Numbered from the stretch's first letter, positions 25,101 through 35,719 are shown. The stretch: DNA of 39,025 bases from Nemertoderma westbladi (GCA_032718475.1 JAUCBJ010006044.1:1-39025), one strand, 5' to 3'. The notes: generated by a model from the sequence alone, not told the origin. Numbers and translations: made by a program.

Positions 25101-28100
25101 ACTTAATATTTGATGGATGAAAGGATTGAAACACCGGGTTTGGTTTGTACTCAATAACATCGTCCAACCTCCTCTCCAAACTATCGAGTATTATCATAAC
25201 CTCAGCAGTGATATCTTCTCTCGTCTCGTTGTTACTAACTACGAGTTTAGGAGTCTCACACTCAATGCTAGAGTTGGTCTTTATAACGCAGAGCTGAAAC
25301 AATAATAAGCCAATTATATTTACACAACAAAATGTAAAATGTTCCAAATCTTTACTGCCTTAGCAACAATTCGACAAAACAATACAACCCAATCCGTGTT
25401 ACTATAGCAACGAACCTGTGAGTCTGCGGTTGCCAGCCCAGACAGAATATGTAGGTGGATAGAGGCAGACTGTACCGGCAGGAAACCGGTACCGGTTATC
25501 TCGTGAATCCGCCCGCCGTTGTAGATCGAACGCAGCGGGTCGATGTGTTTCACTACCGGGTTGCTACGATACACGAACATACTCAACGCGTCGACCTCGG
25601 GTTGTCCGTCAATCCGGAGTCGAACAGACAACGGTTCGTCGAGGTTTCCCGCTGCTTCCGGTTGGGTCAGACCGGAAGTGAGGCAGACAATCGAGGTATC
25701 GGAACTAAGTAGGAGATAAAACATTACAGGATAAAGTTCAGTTGATTTACAAACCGGTGAGCCAGTAAAGTAAACAAACAAAGAACTAGGCCGCACCACG
25801 GTACACATGGAAAGGGAAACAATACCCTGCTGACCTCCCTAGGCTTGCATTCTAGAGAACCCGGCGATGGTGCGGCCAGAGGTCGGTCACACGACGAGAA
25901 TATTGCATAAGTTGATCGATGCTACTCGACTAAATAGTGAATATGTGACATGTATGAAAAATGTAACACATTTTAAAAACTCACCTAGAAAGAATAGAGC
26001 AAGTTTGCAACAGACCGGAATCTGAGTGGAAAGAAACCTCCCTAGCGGATCCGACATTTAGATAGCGACCGGAGATGGAGACCCGGGTCCCGCCTTCCTG
26101 GATGCCGACCGTCGGATAGACCGCCTCTATCGACGGATCGTAGACGGAGAAGATCGCTTCGGAGACGAGAACCAACGTGTTGGAGCCGCTCCAGTTGATG
26201 GTAATACTCACGGTAAAGTTATCTCTGGAGTTGAACTGACTGAACGAACCGGTTCGACAGATAATAATCTGTAAATGAGATATAAGAATCACAACCAATT
26301 AGAACAACACCTATTGGACCACTGGACTCCGTTGACACTGAGTCACTAAGTACTTGTGCTACAAACATAGATAACTAACTCATCCTACCTTTGAGTCTAC
26401 AGCTTGTAGAGTATTTAAACGATCGTCCTCAGATTCCAAGCTATCGAGTTCATATTCCTTGTGACACTGAACCCCTGGACCCCCACCCGTTGGTTCCAGC
26501 TGAATGGCCTGGATGTTAGCACTAGTGCGACCCATATTGGTTCCAAATATGGTGAGCAACGTCCCGCCTCCCATTGGCCCGTTCATAGGACTAATAGAAT
26601 CGATGGTACCAGGGCAGTTACCGTCCAATGGAATAGCACCATGTTTGCAATAATTCTTGTTAAATTGGCATTCTGTAATGAGATTAATTAAATTATTATC
26701 ATAACAATTTTATATAAATATTACTCCTTTTTTATTATTCCAAAAATGCCAACATTCATAATATTAATAATAATATGGGCTGCCATGTAAAGGCCTTAAA
26801 AGAAATAAAAAAATAACCAAATTAATTAATAATATACTTACAAAACCAAATTTGCATGGTGAATGAAGGTTTTGGATTTCAATTTGTCCATTAATATCTT
26901 TTGCTGCAGAACATATTTTTAAATTTTTTGTAATTAAGCATTTTTCATTTTTGTTTTTAATGAGTCACTTTTGAAAATTATAACTTTAGTTATGCACAGC
27001 TTTGCAAAGTCGGCAATGACGCCAATAATAAATTATAAACATACTTTTGAAAATGTATCAATTGGTATTTTTCAACCCAATTACGTATTAACACACCAAG
27101 TCAACATCATAGCTTTGTAAACCAAATGTGATTGACCAGTTGAAGTACAGCAGGTCAGGAAACAGCGAACGCTATTTTTTTTAGAGACACACTTTTCTCT
27201 AACGTCAACAAGTTTCAAGCGGTTTTTCATGGAACTGTTTCGTATGTTGTAATTGTTGGATAAAACTACATACTTCTTACAAAGTATACTTTACAGCGTT
27301 CTGATTCCCGTCTCTATTTTCACTCACTCTCTAGGTTCGTTCGTGTAACAAAACATTCGGATGAGCGGCCTGTAAAGTGTTACTTTAAACACCGGTTACA
27401 TGTAAATATAACTTTATATTACTATGTGCTAATTACTTTATATAGATGATTACTATTGTTATTAATGTCGAGTTTAATGATTTCTGTGAACTAACCATTA
27501 TCAGACGAGTTTAATGATTTCTGTACTAACCATTATCAGACGAGTTTAATGATTTCTGTACTAACCATTATCAGACGAGTTTAATGATTTCTGTACTAAC
27601 CATTATCAGACGAGTTTAATGATTTCTGTACTAACCATTATCAGACGAGTTTAATGATTTCTGTACTAACCATTATCAGACGAGTTTAATGATTTCTGTA
27701 CTAACCATTATCAGACGAGTTTAATGATTTCTGTACTAACCATTATCAGACGAGTTTAATGATTTCTGTACTAACCATTATCAGACGAGTTTAATGATTT
27801 CTGTACTAACCATTATCAGACGAGTTTAATGATTTCTGTACTAACCATTATCAGACGAGTTTAATGATTTCTGTACTAACCATTATCAGACGAGTTTAAT
27901 GATTTCTGTACTAACCATTATCAGACGAGTTTAATGATTTCTGTACTAACCATTATCAGACGAGTTTAATGATTTCTGTAATAACCATTATCAGACGAGT
28001 TTAATGATTTCTGTACTAACCATTATCACACGAGTTTAATGATTTCTGTACTAACCATTATCAGACGAGTTTAATGATTTCTGTACTAACCATTATCAGA

Positions 28101-29794
28101 CGAGTTTAATGATTTCTGTACTAACCATTATCAGACGAGTTTAATGATTTCTGTACTAACCATTATCAGACGAGTTTAATGATTTCTGTACTAACCATTA
28201 TCAGACGAGTTTAATGATTTCTGTACTAACCATTATCAGACGAGTTTAATGATTTCTGTACTAACCATTATCAGACGAGTTTAATGATTTCTGTACTAAC
28301 CATTATCAGACGAGTTTAATGATTTATGTACTAACCATTATCAGACGAGTTTAATGATTTCTGTACAACCATTATCAGTCGAGTTTAATGATTTCTGTAC
28401 TAACCATTATCAGACGAGTTTAATGATTTCTGTACTAACCATTATCAGACGAGTTTAATGATTTCTGTACTAACCATTATCAGACGAGTTTAATGATTTC
28501 TGTACTAACCATTATCAGACGAGTTTAATGATTTCTGTACTAACCATTATCAGACGAGTTTAATGGTTTCTGTACTAACCATTATCAGACGAGTTTAATG
28601 ATTTCTGTACTAACCATTATCAGACGAGTTTAATGATTTCTGTACTAACCATTATCAGACGCACACCAGCGGCACTTATAGGGGCTGGTGATGTCTGCAC
28701 CACAAGTAGAACAGGTGTCCCCCATAAAGCTGCACTTATAAACCTCGATAATAGCGCCCTCCCCTTCCAGATAGACCGCGTCCGCCCACTCAATGCGAAG
28801 TGACGCCCTTCTTGTAGCTTCGCTAGCCGCGTAGGTTACCGAGGGTTCTAGAACGCCGCAATTAACCTCAAATCGGTTGTCATCGTAAGTTCCAGAGGAA
28901 ATGGATACAACGCCATCTAGAGTTACTTCGCATTTAGGATAAGGAGCTAAACGATAAGATAGTTCAATTTTACACAAGAAAGCGGAACCTACTAAATGAA
29001 TGTCATCTTTAGGTTCATTACGTTATAAACGTTTGTTAAAGTAACAATAATTCGCCGTGGAGTGAGGAGTGTGCGACACGATTAGGGAAAAAAATATGTT
29101 TAATAACTTATTTGTACCTGTTGGAATAGCTAGTAGAGTGGATGGATTGGTAGCCACGGATACAGTAAAGTTTGAGTGAGCGTTGCTATCAGCTGGAATG
29201 GAGACAACATTAGTTACCTGTATGCGAGGACAACTCTCTGTATCCGTTACCTTGGAAACAAAACAAAGTCACAGAAAGTTAGTATCGCCAAGGGCTGCTA
29301 TAGTAACTTAGTAGCTTATTTAGTATAGTCTTGTCCTGGGCTGCCCAGACAATTATTAATAACTGATAGCACGTGACGCGGTTCCTATGGGTAAGTTTCA
29401 TTGTCATTGTGCAGCAGCTTACAGCACGGTCTTGCCGAGATCACTTGATCTTACATGGAGCAAATATTAGGAAATATTGGGGCGCTATACTTGTGTAATA
29501 TACCTTAATGTTTACCATTAATATTACAGGTACAGCGATGACTTTTACACCCCTTTGCAATTTTATGTAACGATATATTAAAGTGACTAACCTGATTGGG
29601 GATACAGGTCTGTGTGTCATCCCTACTCTGGCACTTCCCGTTGCCCTGGCACCACGTACACACGGTATACTCGTTCACACACTCCGAACACCGAACCATG
29701 CCTTCGCATCGGTACACTATAACGCTGGTTGATACGATCGAATTATCCGAGGGTCTCTGACTCGGGAAGATTTCCAAACTGATGTTAAACATTC
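894..29794 (-). CDS. PlexA: Plexin-A-like semaphorin receptor, multi-exon, 5'-partial. Exons: 29592-29794, 29118-29250, 28650-28988, 26389-26672, 25985-26268, 25416-25704, 25066-25293, 24770-24897, 24505-24662, [22058-22210 or 21615-21767], 20658-20794, 20360-20490, 19409-19546, 11831-12044, 9480-9642, 9008-9193, 8563-8735, 6067-6338, 3383-3595, 894-1134
   Basis: All junctions are GT-AG with consistent phases. The translation has plexin hallmarks: [71 protein letters not shown] (A-class-like), [57 protein letters not shown]. Class A assignment is from remembered motifs, not a phylogeny. Confidence 0.95.
1410..3360. repeat. Minisatellite, 30-bp unit, about 65 copies
   Basis: Unit accttggtataaaggcttacagtaaaggcc. 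Confidence 0.98.
3383..3595 (-). CDS. PlexA: Plexin exon, C2 GAP segment
   Basis: ttttag|T TTG CCT TTG AGG ([18 protein letters not shown]...GWVQ); donor AA|GTGAGT. Confidence 0.95.
3889..6068. repeat. Minisatellite, 44-45-bp unit, about 48 copies, overlapping a plexin donor
   Basis: Unit aagaaccacgccccgatatgttgtccccacccacctccaccctct. Confidence 0.97.
6067..6338 (-). CDS. PlexA: Plexin exon, C2 GAP segment
   Basis: tttaag|VKPLD...[15 protein letters not shown]...HTWKSN; donor AG|GTGGGT. Confidence 0.93.
6683..8120 (-). mobile_element. Degenerate 5'-truncated RTE-like non-LTR retrotransposon 3' end
   Basis: Frameshifted minus-strand peptides [64 protein letters not shown] resemble RTE-type ORF C-termini; short (atc)n tail near 6683-6694. 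Confidence 0.65.
6712..7835. repeat. Minisatellite, about 55-bp unit, about 20 copies, at the 3' end of a LINE remnant
   Basis: Unit cagtgccggcggacccagcaacatagcgcccccagatctcacggtcagccacaca. Confidence 0.96.
8563..8735 (-). CDS. PlexA: Plexin exon, Ser/Pro-rich RBD-GAP linker ending YHL
   Basis: tttgcag|CG AAA CAG...TAC CAT CTG|GTACGG. Open in a frame not shown in the ORF track; joins to give YHLVKP, the plexin W/YHLVK motif. Confidence 0.88.
9008..9193 (-). CDS. PlexA: Plexin exon, RBD
   Basis: ttctag|AA CTT CGA; LILLDID...[19 protein letters not shown]; donor A|GTGAGT. Confidence 0.9.
9480..9642 (-). CDS. PlexA: Plexin exon, RBD
   Basis: tttcag|HLNIVC...[25 protein letters not shown]...DDMEM; donor G|GTCTGT. 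Confidence 0.92.
10254..10533. mobile_element. PIF/Harbinger-like MITE
   Basis: TIRs aggctcgtttccgcgctgctttttt and aaaaaagcagcgcggaaacgggcct; TTA on both flanks (10251-10253, 10534-10536). Confidence 0.8.
11400..11650 (-). mobile_element. Possible degraded LINE ORF2 C-terminal (zinc-knuckle) fragment
   Basis: GC-richer island; minus strand reads [16 protein letters not shown], a CxxC-H-C-like spacing; weak. Confidence 0.3.
11831..12044 (-). CDS. PlexA: Plexin exon, C1 GAP segment
   Basis: ttctag|A ACT GAA ([12 protein letters not shown]...QQIDHRVI); donor |GTAAGT. Confidence 0.95.
12263..12770 (+). CDS. Nested antisense gene, exon 1: signal peptide and putative Ig-like domain
   Basis: aaaATG start; hydrophobic N-terminus [14 protein letters not shown]; [15 protein letters not shown] and RQGLYGCR resemble Ig B- and F-strand Cys motifs; phase-1 donor G|GTGAGT after 12770. 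Confidence 0.8.
12726..18094. repeat. Minisatellite, 56-bp unit, about 96 copies; unit is the nested-gene exon 1 end plus donor
   Basis: Unit aacagcatcgagtccaccacctaccaactcgggaacagaacgag|gtgagtgcaatc. Confidence 0.98.
18341..19065 (+). CDS. Nested antisense gene, exon 2: TM helix and Ser/Pro-rich cytoplasmic tail
   Basis: Acceptor ttcttttccag| at 18340; phase 1 joins exon 1 in frame (410 aa total); [25 protein letters not shown] then KYKNR; TAG at 19063-19065. Confidence 0.82.
19253..19258 (+). promoter_or_regulatory. Candidate polyadenylation signal of the nested gene
   Basis: AATAAA about 190 nt after the stop; AT-rich context makes chance occurrence plausible. Confidence 0.35.
19409..19546 (-). 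CDS. PlexA: Plexin exon, C1 GAP segment
   Basis: aacag|A TGC AAC ([22 protein letters not shown]...HPKLLLR); donor AG|GTAAGT. Confidence 0.95.
19620..20368. repeat. Minisatellite, 22-bp unit, about 34 copies; unit is a plexin exon end plus donor
   Basis: Minus-strand unit gagagacag|gtgagttggtaca. Confidence 0.98.
20360..20490 (-). CDS. PlexA: Plexin exon, cytoplasmic
   Basis: ctacag|VPDEK...[19 protein letters not shown]; donor AG|GTGAGT. Confidence 0.93.
20658..20794 (-). CDS. PlexA: Plexin exon, juxtamembrane/N-segment
   Basis: tttcag|CG TTT GCG GAT (AFADLQTEM...[22 protein letters not shown]); donor |GTTAGT; absent from the ORF track. Confidence 0.93.
21615..21767 (-). CDS. PlexA: Plexin transmembrane/juxtamembrane exon, downstream copy (TM-2)
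   Basis: ttcaag|GA ATT...GAA G|GTTGGA; 153 nt, phase 1-1; [23 protein letters not shown]...[15 protein letters not shown]. Confidence 0.85.
22058..22210 (-). CDS. PlexA: Plexin transmembrane/juxtamembrane exon, upstream copy (TM-1)
   Basis: gtccag|GT ATT...GAA G|GTACCT; 153 nt, phase 1-1; [23 protein letters not shown]...[15 protein letters not shown]. Confidence 0.88.
22562..22725. mobile_element. Short MITE-like element with Harbinger-like termini
   Basis: TIRs aggccccgtttaca and tgtaaacggggcct; no clear TSD. Confidence 0.65.
23002..23848. repeat. Minisatellite, 35-bp unit, about 24 copies, mid-intron
   Basis: Unit ggaaaatatagcggaatgttcgataaatttggatt. Confidence 0.97.
24249..24344. repeat. 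Short tandem repeat, 31 bp x3
   Basis: Unit agtcatcatatagaacccgaactaatcagtt. Confidence 0.92.
24505..24662 (-). CDS. PlexA: Plexin exon, end of last IPT domain
   Basis: acacag|A GTT GTG...[20 protein letters not shown]...VII; donor G|GTGAGT. Confidence 0.88.
24770..24897 (-). CDS. PlexA: Plexin exon, IPT/TIG
   Basis: atttag|[42 protein letters not shown]; donor AG|GTAATA. Confidence 0.9.
25066..25293 (-). CDS. PlexA: Plexin exon, IPT/TIG
   Basis: tttcag|[15 protein letters not shown]...EYKPNPVF...IVIK|GTTAAT. Confidence 0.9.
25416..25704 (-). CDS. PlexA: Plexin exon, IPT/TIG
   Basis: acttag|T TCC GAT; IVCLTS...[32 protein letters not shown]; donor CAG|GTTCGT. Confidence 0.9.
25985..26268 (-). 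CDS. PlexA: Plexin exon, IPT/TIG
   Basis: ttacag|IIICRTG...[27 protein letters not shown]; donor AG|GTGAGT. Confidence 0.9.
26389..26672 (-). CDS. PlexA: Plexin exon, end of PSI and start of IPT
   Basis: ttacag|AA TGC CAA; [29 protein letters not shown]; donor AAG|GTAGGA. Confidence 0.9.
27469..28661. repeat. Minisatellite, 35-bp unit, about 34 copies; unit is a plexin exon end plus donor
   Basis: Minus-strand unit cgtctgataatg|gttagtacagaaatcattaaact. Confidence 0.98.
28650..28988 (-). CDS. PlexA: Plexin exon, TIG and PSI
   Basis: tagtag|GT TCC GCT; [14 protein letters not shown]...[10 protein letters not shown]; donor G|GTTAGT. Confidence 0.9.
29118..29250 (-). CDS. PlexA: Plexin exon
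   Basis: tccaag|[20 protein letters not shown]...IPT G|GTACAA; CPRI follows the PSI domain; phase fits both neighbours. Confidence 0.85.
29592..29794 (-). CDS. PlexA: Plexin exon, PSI domain
   Basis: ttctag|GA ATG; [29 protein letters not shown]; donor CAG|GTTAGT. Confidence 0.9.
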
Positions 29795-29880
29795 CTAGAA
29801 AATATGTTTTATTAGAGTGATTGCGATAAACGATATATTATTATGTTTATAAGGAGTTCAACTCACCGTGGTTGTTACTT

Positions 29881-30510
29881 GTTACATTGAAGCCGGAATT
29901 TTCGATTTTGCCTTTAAATTTTTTTATAGGCGATTTAAAAAAGTGTCTTTTACGAAATCGCACCCTCCGTATCGTGGCCATTCTTTACTTTAGTCGTATT
30001 TTTTCATAAAGCTTGCGTTGCAAGGATTCCAAATTTGTAACAATAACTAAACAGTAACAGTAACAATAACAATAACTCAATTGCTCAACAGCTGAGATAT
30101 CGGCGTTCAAAGATTGCAAGAATTATCGTTCGCTAGATGCCATTTATTCTATTTAATAAATACACAATGTTCTGGAACATTTTCTTTATGTATGAATAGC
30201 TACGCAATAGAGATATTGTATAAGCATACCGCTGTTGCCCACCAAATAACATAAACAACACGTTCTAGAATTTTGTGTATTTATTCAATAGAATAAATGA
30301 CCTTCAGCGAAGCGAACAATACTTCTTATAATCTTTGAACGCCGATATCTCAGCTGTTTCTCAATTGTTACATTTTTCGAATCATTGCAATGTAAGCTTT
30401 CTATTGATATGAAAAATTACGACTAATGTGAAGAATGGCCACGGAGGGTAAGATTTCGCAAAAGACAGTTTTTTAAAACGCGAAATCGAATATTCCGGCT
30501 TCGTGGTAAC
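29881..30510. mobile_element. Foldback/MITE-like long imperfect inverted repeat (about 300-bp arms)
   Basis: gaagccggaattttcgattt pairs with aaatcgaatattccggcttc; acagctgagatatcggcgttcaaagatt pairs with aatctttgaacgccgatatctcagctgt; further matches toward the centre. Confidence 0.8.
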
Positions 30511-30703
30511 ATGGTAAGCTAGTTGTGTTTCAAATTTCAAGCCACATGATAAAGATATGTAGAAAAATCTGGGGGGGGGGGGGGGGGGTCCGCGTCATAA
30601 GAAAATGACACTATATTACGGGTCATGGTGTATATTCGATTTGAATAAAGTGGCGGTGTATTTCAACCTGGTTCGAGTGGGAATATGTTCACGATTAAAC
30701 GAT

Positions 30704-30910
30704 TGTGGGGCGAGCGACGAAAGTAAGCGAGGTTAGCATACAGGTACCACTAACTCAATCGGTGTGTCTGTTGTTCTGTTGTGTCCAATTTTAAACGTTA
30801 ATAACTCAGCCAAATCTCGATAAAATTTATCCAAACTTGGTAGGCCTATGTAGTCTGGCAAAAGTTTAGAAATTTTCCAAGTTGAATTTGCGTGGGGTCT
30901 TCGTGCAGCA
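30704..30910 (-). mobile_element. Dispersed non-autonomous repeat, inverted homolog of about 34815-35020 and 35515-35719
   Basis: Shared blocks ttggaaaatttctaaacttttgcca, ggctgagttattaacgtttaaaattg and terminus gctcgccccaca, in reverse complement. Confidence 0.7.
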
Positions 30911-32465
30911 TCTGTGCAACTGTCTTGCAGTTATAATAAATTTATCTATCCAAAAATTATTAGGCTTGGCAACAGCTGGTTGTTAGGAGACTGCAGGATA
31001 TATCAAGTGGGTTTGAAATTCAGCAATACCGGTACAATGCAGCCAATACTGCAATACCCAGCAACGTTTTGGAATTGTACCGGTACTCTAACAACTCGCT
31101 AAAAAGGTACCGCCCGCAGTCGCAGTTTCGTTGGCGACCTCGACTTTTGGTATCGCTACTGCGCTAGCGCTACGGGCAAACTGGACTAACCGAACCGACG
31201 AGCGAGACCCGAGGACTGAAGAATGCAGAAGAACTGAAGAATGTCTATCGTTATTGGCTCACACTGAACTAAGGCGTGCACGTGCATGGAGGCTACAGCA
31301 ATGAGCATGTGAGGCGAGGCAGCCTCAGTTACCGGTAGGTCGGTACCGGTATGAACAGGGACAGGGGGACACCCTCCAGGCCATATTTGAGTCGGCCTGG
31401 TATAGCATAGCACCAGTCGGTGCGCGCAGGGTAAAGATGGTTCATAATACCATGAAACTATTTTATGTTGTAACAGTGTAATGACAGTGAAAGAGTGAAA
31501 GGGGGTAAATTGAATTGAACTATAATATTGGTTGTCAGACAGTGGAATACTTGCCTATGGTAATATGAAGCGGAAATCCTACCACTATTTATGTTATATA
31601 CTTGGAAATAAAACGGCATATCGATTTACATTAGCCAGTTCACTTTCGAATCTCGTGTAATATTTATCTAACTCACTTTCGTAAATTACTCGAGCCATTG
31701 TGAAATACGGCACTACATTAAATTTAAATTGATAGTATAGTTACAATGAAGATATTTTTGTTAAGATTTTTATAATAAAAATAATCTAATTCCTTAGCAG
31801 TGCAGTGGCAGTAAATGGCTCGCCTCAAACTTTACTCCATGACGGATTATTTAATCCTTCCAGCATTGACACTGATTACCAGTACGTTCAAATTAATCTT
31901 GACTATTAATTGGCTGTAAGGGAGAGATGAGGGAGGGGGGGGGGGGGGGGTCTTAATGACCAGTTAGGGAAACTTAGTAAACAGCTGGACTGCCAAAAAC
32001 GCAAACCAACCCGCCAGTCTGTGTTATAACATTATCGATTGCAGTAATACAACTGTCCATAGCCCACAGCAAGGCAGTTGATTGGCAGAATAAAAGCAAT
32101 ATTATTGTTACCATTAGGAAGGACAGGATTAATATATAAGTTAATATTGGTTATTTGCTATTTGGGTTAACGGATGTGTATTGGCAGCCATGAACAGACT
32201 AGTAGTATTGAGAATTATTCTCATAAATATTGGTTGTTATTTCCTTTATTTTTCCAGGAGATAGCACGGGGTCTAAATTGTAGACAATTAATGAATATGT
32301 TTCGCTGTACAGTATATCCAAACCAAACAGTTTTCTTGTATTGATAAACGGAGTAATGAAAAGGAAAATATCGATTCAGCTGAGTTGATGTCATGTAAGT
32401 GGAATAAATCCAACTAGAACTAAATCACACTGGTTTACACCCCCAATCCAACACCACCAACGGTC

Positions 32466-34316
32466 CAACACGTTCGTGGGGCCTTCGCGCAGCACGAGGC
32501 CCAGTTATGAGATACAAATTAAAATTGTGCGACTGTATCACAAAATCAGGTTATGAGATATTAACCCACACCACCAATTAATCAAAGAAAGGGGGACAGT
32601 ACGTGTTCACCCCTTTTAATCTGCACACCCCCCCCCCCCCCTCCCCCCACCCACCAATACATAACCGCGACATCTACCACCCACGGAAGGGTAGCACGAA
32701 CTTATTTCCAATCGCACGTTAAATATGCAAAGCCAGGTGGTTTATAGGAATATAATAAACGCAGTACTCGTTTTCATTATAAGCCTCTTTGCGTTCGTCC
32801 TGTTTTGTATTTAAATATATTTCTTAAACGCAGGCTAGGCCGATCTTTATAATAATAATAACTAGGGATGCGATCAATATGTGAAGCCAGGTGGTTTATA
32901 TAACAATTTAGTCAACGCAGTACTCGTCTTCATTATATGCCTCGTTGCGCTCGTCGCTTGTCCTGTTTTGTCATAAAATATTTTTCCTAAACGCAGACTG
33001 ACGATCTTTATACAGTTATAACTATGCGAAGTTTCGAAACTGTGCGAGTAACTGTTGATACATCTATGTGGAGATGTGTGATATGTGGAGATGTGTGATA
33101 CAACGCCAACGCATCTTATGCCGATGTAGTAATATGGGTATTGAAATAATATTAAATCAATGTACACTCTTAAAGCTGCAGCGAAAAAATGTAGCTAATT
33201 TCCTAGGTTACATATAAAATAATAATATTATTTTTAAGAACATTAATTTTACTACTTTGCAAAAATTCAATTAAAAAATAACCAGACATATACATTGTGG
33301 AATAAACTATTTCAGAAGCCTACACAACAGCCATGCCATGGATTGTATTTATGTTATTATATCTGTCATTTACCTGAGATAGCAATACAACACGTTCGTG
33401 GGGCCTTCGCGCAGCACGAGGCCCAGTTATGAGATACAAATTAAAATTGTGCGACTGTATCACAAAATCAGGTTATGAGATATTAACCCACACCACCAAT
33501 TAATCAAAGAAAGGGGGACAGTACGTGTTCACCCCTTTTAATCTGCACACCCCCCCCCCCCCCCCTTCCCACACCACCAATACATAACCGCGACATCTAC
33601 CACCCACGGAAGGGTAGCACGAACTTATTTCCAATCGCACGTTAAATATGCAAAGCCAGGTGGTTTATAGGAATATAATAAACGCAGTACTCGTTTTCAT
33701 TATAAGCCTCTTTGCGTTCGTCCTGTTTTGTATTTAAATATATTTCTTAAACGCAGGCTAGGACGATCTTTATAATAATAATAACTAGGGATGCGATCAA
33801 TATGTGAAGCCAGGTGGTTTATATAACAATTTAGTCAACGCAGTACTCGTCTTCATTATATGCCTCGTTGCGCTCGTCGCTTGTCCTGTTTTGTCATAAA
33901 ATATTTTTCCTAAACGCAGACTGACGATCTTTATACAGTTATAACTATGCGAAGTTTCGAAACTGTGCCAGTAACTGTTGATACATCTATGTGGAGATGT
34001 GTGATATGTGGAGATGTGTGATACAACGCCAACGCATCTTATGCCGATGTAGTAATATGGGTATTGAAATAATATTAAATCAATGTACACTCTTAAAGCT
34101 GCAGCGAAAAAATGTAGCTAATTTCCTAGGTTACATATAAAATAATAATATTATTTTTAAGAACATTAATTTTACTACTTTGCAAAAATTCAATTAAAAA
34201 ATAACCAGACATATACATTGTGGAATAAACTATTTCAGAAGCCTACACAACAGCCATGCCATGGATTGTATTTATGTTATTATATCTGTCATTTACCTGA
34301 GATAGCAATACAACAC
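32466..34316. repeat. Tandem duplication, about 923 bp x2
   Basis: 32466-33387 is nearly identical to 33388-34310; caacac at all three junctions; duplicated ORFs at 32874 and 33797. Confidence 0.95.
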
Positions 34317-35719
34317 TTATAGTAGAGTCAATACAGGAAGGATGTTGGGATGTTGGATTTCAAGAATGATGTCTGGGCTGGAATAGCAATACTGGTTGCC
34401 TATTACAGTACAATTCCTCTCTGGTTAGTCTACAGCCACAACTCCAAGCCAGCTAGCTCCACACCAGCAGAGACTTGACCAATAATCATTCCCAGCAAAT
34501 AGCTGCCTTACACACACATCCTTCCATCGTACCAGCATGTTAGCCAATAAATGAGCAGTATTTAATGAGAATCAATTTTTTATGACGTTTTAATTACTTT
34601 AGATCAATTAAAGACACAATTAATAAAGCAAATCACTTGAACTAATTAAAAACTATAATAGAATGGCGTATGTGGATTACATCTGTATAATTTTTAAGTA
34701 TAATTATTTAAATCTTATACTGTAAAACAATTAATTTCCTTTAAAAGGCAGGTTGAAAATGGTGTTTTTACCGTAATCAACTTAATTAACTAATTAACTG
34801 CTATTATCTTAGCTTCTCGAAGGCCACACGGAAATTCTACTTGGAAAATTTCTAAACTTTTGCCAAACAACATGTGTACCAAGTTTGGATAGATTTCATC
34901 AAAGATTGGCTGAGTTATTAACGTTTAAAATTGACGCGACAGACGACAGAACGACAGAACGACAGGTTGATTAATGGTACCACTACGCTAAGGCTCACTC
35001 ACTTCGTGGCTCGCCCCACACTTATAGTAGAGTCAATACAGGAAGGATGTTGGGATGTTGGATTTCAAGAATGATGTCTGGGCTGGAATAGCAATACTGG
35101 TTGCCTATTACAGTACAATTCCTCTCTGGTTAGTCTACAGCCACAACTCCAAGCCAGCTAGCTCCACACCAGCAGAGACTTGACCAATAATCATTCCCAG
35201 CAAATAGCTGCCTTACACACACATCCTTCCATCGTACCAGCATGTTAGCCAATAAATGAGCAGTATTTAATGAGAATCAATTTTTTATGACGTTTTAATT
35301 ACTTTAGATCAATTAAAGACACAATTAATAAAGCAAATCACTTGAACTAATTAAAAACTATAATAGAATGGCGTATGTGGATTACATCTGTATAATTTTT
35401 AAGTATAATTATTTAAATCTTATACTGTAAAACAATTAATTTCCTTTAAAAGGCAGGTTGAAAATGGTGTTTTTACCGTAATCAACTTAATTAACTAATT
35501 AACTGCTATTATCTTAGCTTCTCGAAGGCCACACGGAAATTCTACTTGGAAAATTTCTAAACTTTTGCCAAACAACATGTGTACCAAGTTTGGATAGATT
35601 TCATCAAAGATTGGCTGAGTTATTAACGTTTAAAATTGGACGCGACAGAACGACAGAACGACAGGTTGATTAATGGTACCACTACGCTAAGGCTCACTCA
35701 CTTCGTGGCTCGCCCCACA
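34314..35719. repeat. Tandem duplication, about 705 bp x2
   Basis: cacttatagtagagtcaatac begins at about 34314 and 35019; both copies end gctcgccccaca. Confidence 0.95.

Noticed and set aside
25789-25877. 10-bp inverted repeat ggccgcacca/tggtgcggcc
   Set aside because: Too short and without TSD to call an element or RNA structure
32874-34090. Duplicated 97-aa ORFs as a gene pair
   Set aside because: Non-ATG starts, no recognisable domain; identity is explained by the 923-bp duplication
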